DNA of 64,000 nt from Epiperipatus broadwayi (GCA_028023455.1 JAQFVV010000003.1:20336001-20400000), one strand, 5' to 3'; positions 40,264-52,865 are shown, counted from the first letter of the stretch. The notes: a model not told the origin generated them from the sequence alone. Numbers and translations: made by a program.

Positions 40264-42399
40264 GACTTGACAATTTCTTTTAAAATCCAATCAGGTCCTT
40301 TCAGAAGTATTTCTTTAGTTTTTTCATATGTCATTTCAGAAGTATTTCTTTAGTCTTGTAAAAATCCCCCTATAATAAAGAGTAATTATATAAATAAAAT
40401 GTGCTATTCTCCTCTGGGGAAGGGTCTATATGCACTGAACTTCCCACTTGCTCTAAAATGAATTATTAGTACTCAATAGAACCTATATGCTGCTGCTGGG
40501 TCAAAATGCTGCCATCAACCGAAATTGTGAAATAAACCACCAAAGAAAATTGCTGCTGATGAATAAATGGACCAGAAGGATCACTCGTTAATGTGCACAT
40601 TCAACTGAATTTAAAAGGTAACTGGTACCCAAATCTTTAAAGACTTTAACTCCTTCATTTAAAGCTATAGCTTGTTTAAATAATCCGTATTTCTTTATTT
40701 ATAATTTTTCCTACTTATGTAAAACTCTACTAAATCTTCATTATTGATATTTAAAATATATTAAAACTCTCTAATCATTTAAATGTTAATTAACACATCT
40801 AACTCTTTTACCTTGTACCTTGGGTATCTATTTTATTATCATTTATTTGTCTATGTATATGATTTCATGCCTAGATAATGTTCGACCTGGCTCGATAGTT
40901 TTACTAAATGTCATACTTAATAATTTCACAATAATGAGCGCAACCATACATATAATATAATAACAATCCCATCATTTTGCATTAATAAACCACTAGCTCA
41001 GGAATTATCTGACCTTATTATTAAATAATTTATGTAATAGATGTTTTCTCATGATTTTCACATTACTAAGTTTCCCGATATTGTATGTATTAAAATAAAT
41101 GGGGGCATTTTTGAGATGCATCTGATGTTTGATATTAGTTAAGAGTGTGAGTGTACCATAATTTGTTGCAGGCAGAATTATCAAATTAGCAATAGTAATC
41201 AGATAGAATTTTAATCTCCCTTTTACTAATTATTTTACATAAATTTATTTATACTTATAAGCCAGTAATCATGTTATTCAAGGGCTTCAAAGTAAAATGA
41301 CTGGTGAATGTGGGCCTTGAAAATGAATCCATCTCATTTTTAAGCAAATTTAAATAAATCTAATTATGTTTCTGCCAGTGATATGTGTTATAGCTTAGCG
41401 ATGCTATGTCTCTTTCAAGGCCATGGAAATTTCTGGATACATACATACAAAGGTATCTGTCCACTGCCATACAGTAGGTCATATTTAGAGATGCTCCCGT
41501 GAGTAGCTAATCTCATCATGTGGTCCCGAAGTAACAGTGGCAAAGTCCCTTACACCCGAACTTGCTTTTATGACCATTCTTGAGGGGTTCCAGACACAAA
41601 GCCCACCCATGAGTTTTATATTTCCCTATGTCAGTTTACTCTTCAGTTATTACATGGCATCTCTATGCATACCATATCTCGTCTGATATTTCTCTTCTTA
41701 TTGTATGCTTATGATTGCATTTCCCAAGTATTCCATGTTAACTGCTCTCCAATAACATGTCCCTAGAATTAATTTTACATATAAAACTTTAAGTGGTGTT
41801 CTGTTGCTAAGACAGGTAGGTTTGCCACTGCAAACTTCATTAACCATTGTATCTCATATGCTGACTAATATGATTAATATTTAGGCATGAAATAACTGAG
41901 CTTTTGTTAGTACCCAAATGGGCCAGATCAAATAATTGAGGACTTGCAGAAGTTAATGACCTCAAAGCATGTAATCTAACTTTATTTATAATAATATATG
42001 TCTTAATTATGTTCATGTCCATATATCTGTTCTTTAATGTCTTATAGCCATGGTATCTCATCTCGATAAGAAGTTAAATACATAGATGTTATGCATTGAT
42101 AAAGTAATAATAATAACTTTAGCCTTAGTTAGTAAGAGTCTCTTGTATCTCCTTGACCTCTGTGGCCTAAAAGATGTTTTACTAGGGTGTCGGCAGGTGC
42201 CTTGTTTCATAGTGGTATGTTGTGGAATCAATCTATCAAGTTCGAACAAGACACCACAGGCCCTGAACCCACCTGTTGTGCTGCTCTTCGAATGTGATGG
42301 CTGAATTGTACAACTAGTTAATGAGGCATACAAATTCTGACTGTTACAATATCCATTACTGAAATACAAAATATTCCATCCATCCCTTCAATATTAATT

Positions 42400-43620
42400 A
42401 TATTGTTTCCTAACATAATTTATGTTACCGCAAACTATGTCTATTTGAATAATTTGTCTTTAATGATAAAGTAAATACAGTAAAAGAATGTAACTTTAAT
42501 ACTTGTTTATATAAAAAAATAAATATAGGTTTCTCCAATAACAAAGTATTTTTCCTGAGAAATCTTATGCATAATACTATCTTGTCTTTTCTCACTCCAG
42601 AAACTTCTCAAAATTGCACTCTGATAATCTTGAAATGTGCAACATTTATTTTCTAGAGCATACCACCACTTTTTAACTATTCTATATAGATGATTACAAG
42701 CCACAACTATCTGTTCTTCAGGTTTGCATTGATGAAATCTAAAAAAAATTTCTAAATTTTCTAACTTTGTCAAAGAACATTAAACAACATCATCTTTAAA
42801 AACTCTAACTTGGATGCTTTTGGCCACTACTTGGCTCACTAAGATTTCTACTCACTTGTTCTAAACAAACACCATTCACATTCATACCACTATTATTAAT
42901 CACTGGCATTTTTTCTGTCTTTTCTGAAACAGTTTGTTTATTCCATTCCTTCTTAAGAATGTCAAATTTATCATTTATATTTTTTATATATTATTTTGAA
43001 GTTGTAGTGTTTTTCTCTCCAAATTCACTATATTGATTTTTTTCATCAATATACTTTATTCGAGAATAAGTAATTTTTTTTTACCTTTATCTATCTCATC
43101 TTCCATTTCTTCTAAGAACATTCCCATGTTTTCTTTGTTTTTCTTCAAGATACCTTGATATTATATTCATTTCTTCTTCTACCTCATCAATCCTTTCTCC
43201 TACTTTTTGAATTTTATCATTCAGTTCTATCCTAGTCTCCTCTAATTGTTCTTTCACTTCAAATTGAACTTTTCCTATTTCTTCTTCCGTTTATTTTTGG
43301 ATGATCTGTTATATTCCTTTTACTTCTTGCTGCAAACTTTCCATCATTATTCTTTGGTTTTCATCCATTCTTGTTTGAAGATTTTCATTTACTTTCTCTA
43401 TTCTCTGTTGGTTATTATCCATTTTGTGTTGCAAATTTTCATTTATTTGATCCATTCTCTGCAACAATTGACTGAATATTTCCATATTAAGTGTACAATA
43501 ATCTTTATTCTCACCTATTTTTATAAGCTTATTTTCCTGATTACAATCTGGGGTTCCTTAAATATTATTTCAGGGCTTTCTTGCTCTACTAATTCAACTT
43601 GTGGCTCTGGCTAAAACTAC
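42400..43620 (-). mobile_element. Decayed Ty3/Gypsy gag (coiled-coil N-terminus + capsid domain)
   Basis: E/K/Q-rich heptads (LLQRMDQINENLQHKMDNNQQRIEKVNE...), then LENLEIFF...EEQIVVACNHL...KKWW...TFQDYQSAILRSFWSEKRQ (ORF 42507-42773), the Retrotrans_gag/Arc-like pattern. A possible 3' LTR at ~41085-41620 is unconfirmed. Confidence 0.7.
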
Positions 43621-44622
43621 CAATCTACTTTTCCTGACCACTCTCTTATTCATTATCTCCACTTAAATTTCACTCCAATAATCTAATAAATTTAAACATT
43701 ACAATCGGTTTTCTTCCCAAGACAGACACAAACTCCAAGCAAATTTTCTTCATTCCTTAATCTATAAAACAATTATTAAATATTGTATTTTCATCAAAAC
43801 CATCAATTATAAGTACTTTACTGCTTAGATGAATAATACATTTTAAAATTCCCAAATTTACACAAAATTTATTTTTGAATATTAAAAAAAAAAGTGGCTC
43901 TACAAAAATGTTTCTTATATTTTTCAAACTGAAAAGTTAAATCATTAAACTTTATTACTTATCTCAAGGTGTTTTATTTTATTTTTAATCCATAAAATTG
44001 GTAAGCCACATTCTTAAAAAAAATAAATTATACTCTTCAATATTTATCTAATCAAATTTAATAAGTATCATTTATTGGAAAAATAACCTTAAAAAAAATA
44101 TTCTTTACTCTGTAATATATCAAAATCTTTTTTTTCTAATTTATTAAAACCAATGGGCAAATTTTATCAGGCCTCAAACATTGGATAAACCAAAATCTTA
44201 TTTTAAAAAATCTACTTTTTTTAAATCTCATGGTGCTTTATCTTTGTATCAAACATTACACGCTTAGATGCCAAAATCTTAAAAAAAAATTCAATAAATA
44301 AAAACAAATCATAGAGGAAGTTAAGTTTATCAACAAAATCACACCTACACCCAAACCCACTAACCATACAAAATTATTTTTTTTTTAAATAGTCCAGTGG
44401 TTGCAGAAACCAGAAATACTTTTATATTATATTCAACACTTAGTATATTGATCCTATAAATGTTTTATAATTTTATTCAGGTAATTCGCTAAATAATTAT
44501 AAATAATAAACAAACAGAATCTATATTTAGCAAACAAAATTAATTTATTAAAAAAAAAATAACAATAATATTATATCAACTATTGACATGGTAAATTCAT
44601 ATATCAAAATTAACAAATGCAT

Positions 44623-45310
44623 TTGTCTGAAGGTTTGTGATGATGGTATATTATTAGACGTGATATGTTGGACTATTTCCAACATCTATGAGGGAATGTT
44701 AAATGTATAGAAAATTTTAAACTTTATCTTAACTTTCCAAATGCAAGCAACTTGTTAGTAATAACACACAAATAAACAACATAGGTTAGTAATTACACAA
44801 TGTTTCGAGTAGTATTATTCTCCACTCTTCTTCAAGTGTTTCTGGCCTATATGCACAGTGACAATATTTGCTTGGAAGTTGAACTGGCACATATAGATTC
44901 TTGAATATCAAATTTAAGGCAAACACTTTAACCAATTAAGCTGTGCTGGCCTATATGCACAATGACAATATTCGCTTAGAAGTTGAAATCGCACCTTGGG
45001 ATTCTTAAGGCAAACGCTCTAACTAACTGAGCTATTCTGTCAGCTATTGGTTCGAGCATTCTAAATTTGATATTCAAGAATCTAAAGATGCGAGTTCAAC
45101 TTCTAAGCGAATATTGTCACTGTGCATATAGGCCAACAATATCTGAAGAAGAATGGAGAATTCTACTCGAAACGTTGTGTAATTACTAACATGTGTTGTC
45201 TATTTGTGTGTTATTACTAACAAGTTGTTTGTATTTGGAAAGTTTAAAATTTTCTATGCATTCAACATTCACTCATAGATGATGGAAATAGTCCAACATA
45301 TCACATCTAA
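44623..45310. mobile_element. Family C insertion: inverted pair of tRNA-head + hammerhead units, 12-bp TSD
   Basis: Arms 44651-44915 and 45060-45313, about 88% identical by eye. TSD TAACAAATGCAT at 44611-44622 and 45311-45322. A-box TAGCTCAGTTAGTTAGAGC (45034-45016, minus). HHR-like cores at 45143-45176 (+) and 44795-44839 (-). Confidence 0.88.
45139..45180 (+). ncRNA. Degenerate minimal hammerhead motif (family C)
   Basis: CTGAAGA-a-GAAT ggagaattct ACTC-GAAA-CG-TT|GTGT. The sister arm has a GAGT/ACTC helix II and ACAC/GTGT helix I. Helix III is the palindrome AACGTT. Confidence 0.55.
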
Positions 45311-45760
45311 TAACAAATGCATACTTGATTGCCAAGTTACCATATTGTCAAATTAAATCTAGGAAGCATTGATATACAATTAGTAATACAGCAATCTATA
45401 CACTGATGGTTCATAAGAGAAAACAATGTGAAATGCCTAATAAAGATATGATAAACTCAAAACTGAAAATAAAATTTAAAGTAACAGCATTAATACAGCA
45501 GCTATACTTAATATCACATGCATAAAAATAACTGAATAATAAAACACTAATTCATCATTATAGCTGTACTTACAATATATAACGAAATCACCCATGCTCT
45601 CACATAAAAGTAAATATTAAAAAACTAAATCATTACACAGATGAAGCCATAGAAAATTTACATCTGGTACTGACAATACATCAAACTAATACATTTCATC
45701 AGCCAATATTTAAACTATCAATACATGCAGCATTAGTCAATCCCACATATAAAATAAATA

Positions 45761-46278
45761 GTCAATAATACATTTAAAAATACATATACACAAGCAACAA
45801 AGATTACAAATTATATAATTTTCATAGAAAAGCCTTTTCATGAAAATTATGTTTTTTTGCACTTTTCAATATGTCTCCAGAATACCACGATTTAAAGTAC
45901 ATACAGCGACATCTATATCAATACATGAGAGAAGACAGATAAACAAATGGATATCCGAAACGATCTATTAAGTGATTTTTTTTTCATTTTCAATCCTACT
46001 ACAAAATTATCCTGTTATATATATATTGAATGGATATATATCCACATATATTAATTAATTAACTATCCATTCTTTATCCATTAACCACTTATTATTCAAC
46101 TTAATGGATGTTTTGTATATATTCATAGTTGTTTTTATTATACATAATATAGTTTAATATATTTTACGTCTATTAACATCTAGAACACTTCTATTATCAA
46201 TACAATTTATTTTATAAAAATTATATAATTTGTAATCTTTGTTGCTTGTATATATGTATTTTTAAACATATTATTGAC
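45761..46278. mobile_element. MITE with ~60-bp TIRs and putative TA TSD
   Basis: 45761-45820 versus 46219-46278 differ at 3 of 60 positions. TA at 45759-60 and 46279-80. No coding capacity. Confidence 0.8.
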
Positions 46279-46280
46279 TA

Positions 46281-46416
46281 TTATATAATTGAAGTGCAAC
46301 ATAAAAAAAGAATTGTTTTTAATTCTGATTCTTTTTTTTTTTGTGTGTGTGTGGCATGGCATCGGCCGGGACGCGAACCCGCAACCCGGGCAACTGACCT
46401 CTCGACCACCAATGCA
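46281..46416 (-). mobile_element. tRNA-Gly-derived SINE or retro-pseudogene
   Basis: Head 46415-46359: GCATTGGTGG...GGGTTCGCGTCCCGGCCGATGC, with a tRNA-Gly(GCC)-like acceptor stem and T arm and a shortened middle. A-rich tail. 12-bp TSD ATAAAATAAATA at 45749-45760 and 46417-46428. Confidence 0.75.
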
Positions 46417-48227
46417 ATAAAATAAATAATCATTAGCAAGCAAACAGCGATTATAAAATTCAAATTTTAAGTAATATCTTTTAAAGAACACAGATTATAT
46501 ATTTTATCTGTATTATACTTTCCATAAATAAGAATAAATTATTATTTATCACATTCATATTATATTTTGAACATTTTAATAAAACATTTTAAAATGTTGA
46601 TTAAAATGCATATTTTGATCAACAAGTTATAAATTTAGACGATGTTTAAAAATTGATAACAAATTAAGTTAAGAGTAATTAACTTCGATTTATTTATAAT
46701 TTATTTTAAATCCGAATATGCAGACAATTTTTGCCATTATGACACTCCATTTTAAACACAGATCAGTACAAAGTTGAAGAGAAAATAAAAATTTAGTACA
46801 GAGATTGATGGTTTGAAAAGTATTCCGATTCATGTTTAAGAGATAAAAAATAAACTATTTATTACAATACATGTCTGTCACCTGGAATAAAATATTACGC
46901 AATTACCAATTCATTTTTATAAGCTTATAATTTAGCACTTTTCTTTTTAAGAATGACGATCCAATGTCAACACGTGATCAATCACCATCCAGAAATTATT
47001 CTTGGTAAAGCGCCAACAGGATAATAAATTATTCTCCAGTTTATAATTAGAAATATTTAATAAAATCATATCAGTTCCTTATAAATCAATATTGTAAAGA
47101 TAATAATATTGATTTCAATAAAAAGAATATTTTATACAAATATAAATAAATTAACTTTTACATTATAGTTATATAAAATGACTTTCGTTTAAACAAAAAA
47201 AAAGGTATGCGTTTAACCAATGATAATAAGAAAATACTTTTTTAAATCATAAAATAAAATTTATTTTTCACAACCATACTTAATTTATACACCAATGAAA
47301 TATATTCCTACGAAACATCATTTCAATACACACACAATGAAATTGAGTATATAAGGTTATTTTCCATTTTACAGATTAATTCTCCATATTTTATAAATCA
47401 GAAAGTTTTTTTTTTTTTCAATAAATTTCAGCGTGTAAATCTTTAATTGCATTTAATGTTTTAAACAATATTTCAGTTCATTTAATGTTCATCTCCAGAT
47501 AAAAACGTTAACTGTTTTATGCCCAGTCATTCTTCTTTAATTCAGCATACATATATATTTGTTTTTTAAGAATATGGAAATATCTGTTCTATTTTATTTT
47601 TAAAAAATGTTTCTTTAAACATTTATATGTTTACTGTAGCACTTTATCTTTATAAATATCAAGAGAATGCATTTAAAAGCAGTTCCCCTTTTAGATGCAA
47701 AAGGTGTTTAATTTACAGTTTTCATTGGCCACTATTTATATTATCTGACTTGATTTTTCTAAAATAAAATAGATATTTCCACATTTTTAAAAAAATATTT
47801 CACCAATAACATCTGTTAAAAATTATTAATTTATATATATATGAAGGAAAAATGAGTCCATTTAAGTTAAGGAACTTGCTCTATAATCTTTTTGATTAAA
47901 TAATAGCAATATCTCTCTTCCATGTTCAAAATCCTCAAAAGAAAATCTCTATCAGAAAATCTGTTAACTAGAAACTAACTTCACTACCATATAGTTCAAT
48001 AAATTTACTCATTGCTTTTGTCATAATTTCTGGAATTATAAAAAAAAAATATCACAAATTGTCTATCTCTTCTAATTCATTAGAGTCTATTCAATAAACA
48101 AATTGCTCCAACTGTTGTTTTATCTTCTCATGGTTCATAATGCCTATTTTTATTTATGATATTTCTTTTTTTTTTCTGATCATCTTTTCCATCTATTCTT
48201 TTGCCTTATGTGGATTAGTATCGTGTA

Positions 48228-48440
48228 AGATTCTGGAATTAAATGTCCATGAACCATGATTTCAGTTCTATCGTTTCTGGGAGATTCTGAAGTTAAAGAT
48301 CCATGAACCATGATTTGTTCTATCATTTCTGGAAGATTCTGAAATTAAAGGTCCATGAACCATGATTTGAGTTCAATCATTTCTGGAAAATTCTGGAATT
48401 AAAGGTCCATGAACCATGATTTCAGTTCTATCATTTCTGG
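48228..48440. repeat. Minisatellite, four units of ~52-55 bp
   Basis: Unit approximately agattctggaattaaaggtccatgaaccatgatttcagttctatcatttctgg. Confidence 0.92.
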
Positions 48441-50707
48441 TGCAAACTTCTTATAAACTCCCAAATAATGATACAATTATTTTGCTATGATAGCGGCTGA
48501 TTTTAGGGACCAAGGTTTATGGATCATGATTCCAGCACTGTCATTTCTACTCAAAGTTCTTATAAACTCCCAAGCAATAAACCATTTGATCATTTTATAC
48601 CTTTTTTTTTTTCACAAATCAATGTTTATGATCTTATATATTATTTTTTTCCCATTATTTTTGACCCTATTTTAATTTTTCTTTTTTATTGTTGAGAGTG
48701 TTCAGATCTATGCTCCTAGACATTTTTTAAATAACTTCTATAGTATCAGCAAAAATGTTATCCCATTCCTACAGAATATTTGCTTCATATATAGTGACCT
48801 ACTCAGAATCAGGTTTTAAAGCTTTAAAGATTTTATTGACAAAGCATTCTTAAGATAATAAAAACACTCGACTATCATCAATGATAGTGACATCAAAATA
48901 ATAAGTATAATAGACCACTTTCAAGATTCATTATTAAGTATAAACTCAATATTAAGACATGCTACATCTCAATGGTGTAAGATATCTTGATTATTTTATA
49001 ATGAAATTCTGTAAACCCATTTTATTAAAATGTACAATTAAATCCACCACCCCCTTTTTTTTAACTTGTTTAATGATATTTGCAATCTTATTCAGAAACT
49101 CAAAAAGTTTCTGAAAATGATTTTAAGTATAGTTAAAAAAATATTTAAAAAACAACAACAAATAAACCACTGAAAACATATGGTGCAAATTTCTATTTAT
49201 TTAATCAATATTAGTTTTAGTGCAGCTTTGCATATGAGAATGACTTCACTGTTTTGTGATCAATGCATTTATATGTCCTATCAATGACCTGATGTTCAAT
49301 CCCTAGCTGGATAAAACTTTTTTTTTCAGCAGATCATAAGATGGCTTAGAATTTTTCTTTCAGGTTATCAACCCATAGCTAACATAGCTAGCCATCTCAC
49401 TATTGTCAACTATAATTATCTAGAAAATAAAAATCTCCGATTAATGTGGGCAGGTCAGATGAATGCCACTATACAAAAACACACATAATTCATGACTGTG
49501 GTATGAGATAGTCTTCACCATTTGCAGTAAAGTTTTCATATTCCTAGGGGCATTGAATAATTATTTTATCTTTTCTTTCACATACGAGATGCTATATTAT
49601 CTTTTTATTATGATATGAAAAACTTTTTCTATTATATTAAAACAATCATCAAAATTTAAAACCTTGGAAAAGATTGATAATGACTGTTATTAAAAAATAA
49701 TCAAATGGTTTATTGTTTGGGGATGGGGATCATAAGAAATTTGAGCATGGAGAATGACAGATCTAAGCTTTGATTCCTAGACCATGAGCTCCAAAGTCTA
49801 CCATTCTGACAAATCATGTTGAGCAAATAATAGATTAGTTTATTGCTTGAACATTTATAAAAAATAAAAAAATATATTGGAAGTGATGGTTGCAATCCAT
49901 GGACTTTGAGCATCAAAGTTTGCAACCATATCAGTGCATTAAACATGCAGGGCATGCTTTCAAAACATTTTATCATCATAAAAATAAAGAAGGGGGTGGG
50001 ACTATTATTTTAAAATCTTCCTAACATGTTTTTGAAAAGTAAGAAGAATGAAGTTGTTAAATCATGCTTAGAAAGTGGCAAAGCAATGCCAAATCACTAC
50101 AGATGATGATCAAATGCATAAATGGCTTGATCATGCCATCCTATTATCTTAATTACTGAATCTGTCTTCGAGCAGAGCTTGACTTAAGTACAAAATGAAG
50201 TTTTATAAAATTGTTAATTAAAATTTTGAACAAAATAAAATAAATTACAATTTTTATCATCTATCATTTACAGTCCAACTTTTTTGTTTTAACAAAATGT
50301 TAACATTTCCGTTATTTTTTGAAAAGAAAATTAATAAAGTCAAACTTCAAGCAGTCTCACTTCTATTTATAGCCACATTTCAGGAAATTAATTTAATTAT
50401 CCCGATATGGGAAACTCTTTACCCAAAAACCATTTCTCACTTTTCTTTATAAAAAGCCAGAAGTTTTCGGCAATAACTTGAAGATTTTAATTAACAGTCT
50501 TTTCTAATATTCTTGAGAAAATTATTAATTATAAAATATATTATAGGCAATAAATGTGACCAAAAAAAAAAAAAAAGACATTAATAAAACCACTAACTTC
50601 CAACCTCTTGAAATATTTTTTTTTAAATATAAACGTTTCATAATATTTTACTCTAAATTTTATTATTGCTATATAAAACAATAAAATATCAATAATCTTT
50701 TAGTCAA

Positions 50708-50803
50708 GCGTTGGTGGCCTAGTGATCAGCATAGCTGCCTCCCAAGCGGTTAGCATAGCTGCCTCCCAAGCAGCCGGCACGGATTCGCTTCCCGGTCAAC
50801 GCA
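50708..50803 (+). pseudogene. tRNA-Gly(CCC)-like pseudogene with a 24-nt tandem duplication of the anticodon arm
   Basis: GCGTTGGTGGCCTAGTGATCAGCATAGCTGCCTCCCAAGCGGT[TAGCATAGCTGCCTCCCAAGCAGC]CGGCACGGATTCGCTTCCCGGTCAACGCA matches the eukaryotic tRNA-Gly(TCC) scaffold. B box is mutated (GATTCGC). Confidence 0.85.
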
Positions 50804-51110
50804 TTTGACATATAAAAAAATATATAATCTTTTATTAAACATATTCATTTCAAATTAAATCGTATGGATTCACGGATTTTTTAGCTTTCGAATCTGCTAT
50901 TCTCTCATGTACTACTAGATCAAACACGGCACCACGCGCAGAGCTTCCCGTTTGTTTTTTATTCTTCTAACATCTTCTAATTTCCAATTATCCCTCTATC
51001 TAATCATAAATATTTCTCCAGATTTCTTTCTCTAATGATTTTATTTATTCCTCTTGTTTTCTTTTCCAATAATGTATAGTTTAGTATTTGGTGTTTTAAT
51101 AATATTTCCA

Positions 51111-51346
51111 TTCAATGCAAGGCAGAATAATCAATGGGTGCCAGAAGGCTTGTGCATAAAATCCCCATCTAGTGCCTACTCATCCAATATCCCCAGACCA
51201 GTTTCTGGCTTGTGGCCTTCATCAGTGAGGAGTCTTGGATCTGAAAGCACTGCACCTAGATCTTACATATAGAGAGTTTTGCCTGTTTTAATAACAGCTA
51301 TAAGCAAGCATAAGAAATGGTGATTATGTGGTGTTTATTGGCTTAA
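51111..51346. mobile_element. Family A repeat with internal inversion and intact HHR core (minus, 51190-51231)
   Basis: 51111-51267 is antisense and 51268-51346 sense. Minus-strand CTGATGAaGGCcacaaGCCaGAAACTGGTC|TGGGGA. Perfect 13-bp TSD AATAATATTTCCA (51098-51110, 51347-51359). Confidence 0.92.
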
Positions 51347-52584
51347 AATAATATTTCCAGAGATATACTCTGCACAGATCCATACTATTCAAACTGTCTT
51401 ATTCTGATTTCATTTAGTGTGTTAAATATTCATTATTTCTCAAATTCTTTTATTGTTTATCATTCTCCTCTCTATTTTACTACAGATTATCATCAGTAAT
51501 CCATTTCTGTAACTATCAATTCCTTTTCTGTTCTTTTCTTCAACTGTCAAACTTCATTAAAATATACAATGATAATCTTCATTATATCATATATTTTGTC
51601 ATTTATTGATTTTTAATATATTTTTCTTTTTTTATATGTAAACCTAAAAAAAAATCCTGATTTTACATACACAACATGTGCATCATAAGAATGAAAACCC
51701 TTATTAAAGTTTACAATATAACTCTATGATGCTAAAATAAATTGTATTATGAAATACCAAATGGTACTCTATTGCCTAATTACACACCCTCCTAAAAGCA
51801 GATGGAGATAACTAGATAATAACATATTAAACATACCTATATGTATATGTTAACATTTGCCTACTTATATATATATATATGTTGTTTTCTATTCAAAAGC
51901 AGAGGAAGTCATAAAGTGTAATGGTTAGCCACCAATAGCCTTGAATTAAAATTTGAGTACTGAGTGATGATAAGAAATATCACATTTCAGAACATTCCTA
52001 AGTACAGGACTTATTCAAACCATCAGCTACCTTATAATATGGTAACTGAGTGAAGATCTCTATGGTATGGTATTATGCCAAACAGGAGTTCAAACCTAGA
52101 GGGGAATTTGTATTTTTTTTTTCAGGAAATAGTTGCTTCTGCCTAATCTAGTTGGCATATCCAATATTAGTTAAATAAATATTTAATTGTTTTCATCTGG
52201 AGGCAAATCTCAAATAACTGAAGATGGTCAAAAAAGTGCTAGCATTAATCATGAAAAATATAACTGTAACAATACACAATCTCTATAATCAATGAGAGGT
52301 TGAAGTCATAGACCACTGGGTATTGCATTCATGAAAATCCTTTGCTATTTATTTTTAGCTAGAGGATAAAATAGGGAAGAAAAACTATCAAAACTCTCAT
52401 CAATTAGGAAATCATTAACTTCATGAGTAATGTAATTATAGTGTGCTTAAGGTGATTCTAAAGATAATTGTAATTTTGTTAGTTTTCTGCTCCAAGTCAG
52501 ATTTAGCTCCTTGAGAGTCAATTAGTTTTAAGATTCAGGTGATTGGGAATTAAGATATCACACTCTTTCTTCCTAAACACATAA

Positions 52585-52865
52585 TAGCATAGCTAGAGTG
52601 TTACTTTCAAATTTCAATATTTCATGGATCTAAAAGTTCAGGATCAATTGCTATGCTAGTATGTTATAGATCAGAACAGCATCACCTGAAGAAGAGGGGG
52701 AAATAATACCATTTGAAACACTGTGTTATATACTAATCTGTGTGCTATTACTAACAGTTGAAGGTCTAAAGACATTCAATATTTAATGTTAGATTATGGA
52801 AACAGTACAATGTATAATTTATTACCAAAAAACCATCATCACAAACCTTCAGGCAAATTACATTT
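52585..52865 (+). mobile_element. Older single copy of family C
   Basis: cacCTGAAGAagagggggaaataataccatttGAAACactgtgtt...tgtgtgctattactaac...ccatcatcacaaaccttcaggcaa matches the 45143-45313 arm plus the 44623-44650 tail. Confidence 0.75.

Larger units (their letters stand above)
44590..46560. repeat. Family B copy interrupted by nested insertions
   Basis: Removing 44623-45322 and 45761-46428 restores colinearity with 38235-38800. Confidence 0.8.

Noticed and set aside
43246-43614. Hydrophobic 122-aa plus-strand ORF as a membrane protein
   Set aside because: It is the antisense shadow of the purine-rich coiled-coil gag on the minus strand. The same applies to ORFs 10535, 26134, 32276, 37100 and 54496, which shadow transposon ORFs.
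48228-48440. CRISPR-like array
   Set aside because: Units are contiguous near-identical repeats without unique spacers, there are no cas genes, and the context is eukaryotic.
50708-50803. Functional tRNA-Gly gene
   Set aside because: Duplicated arm, mutated B box/T loop (GATTCGC), altered variable region and no immediate T4 terminator.
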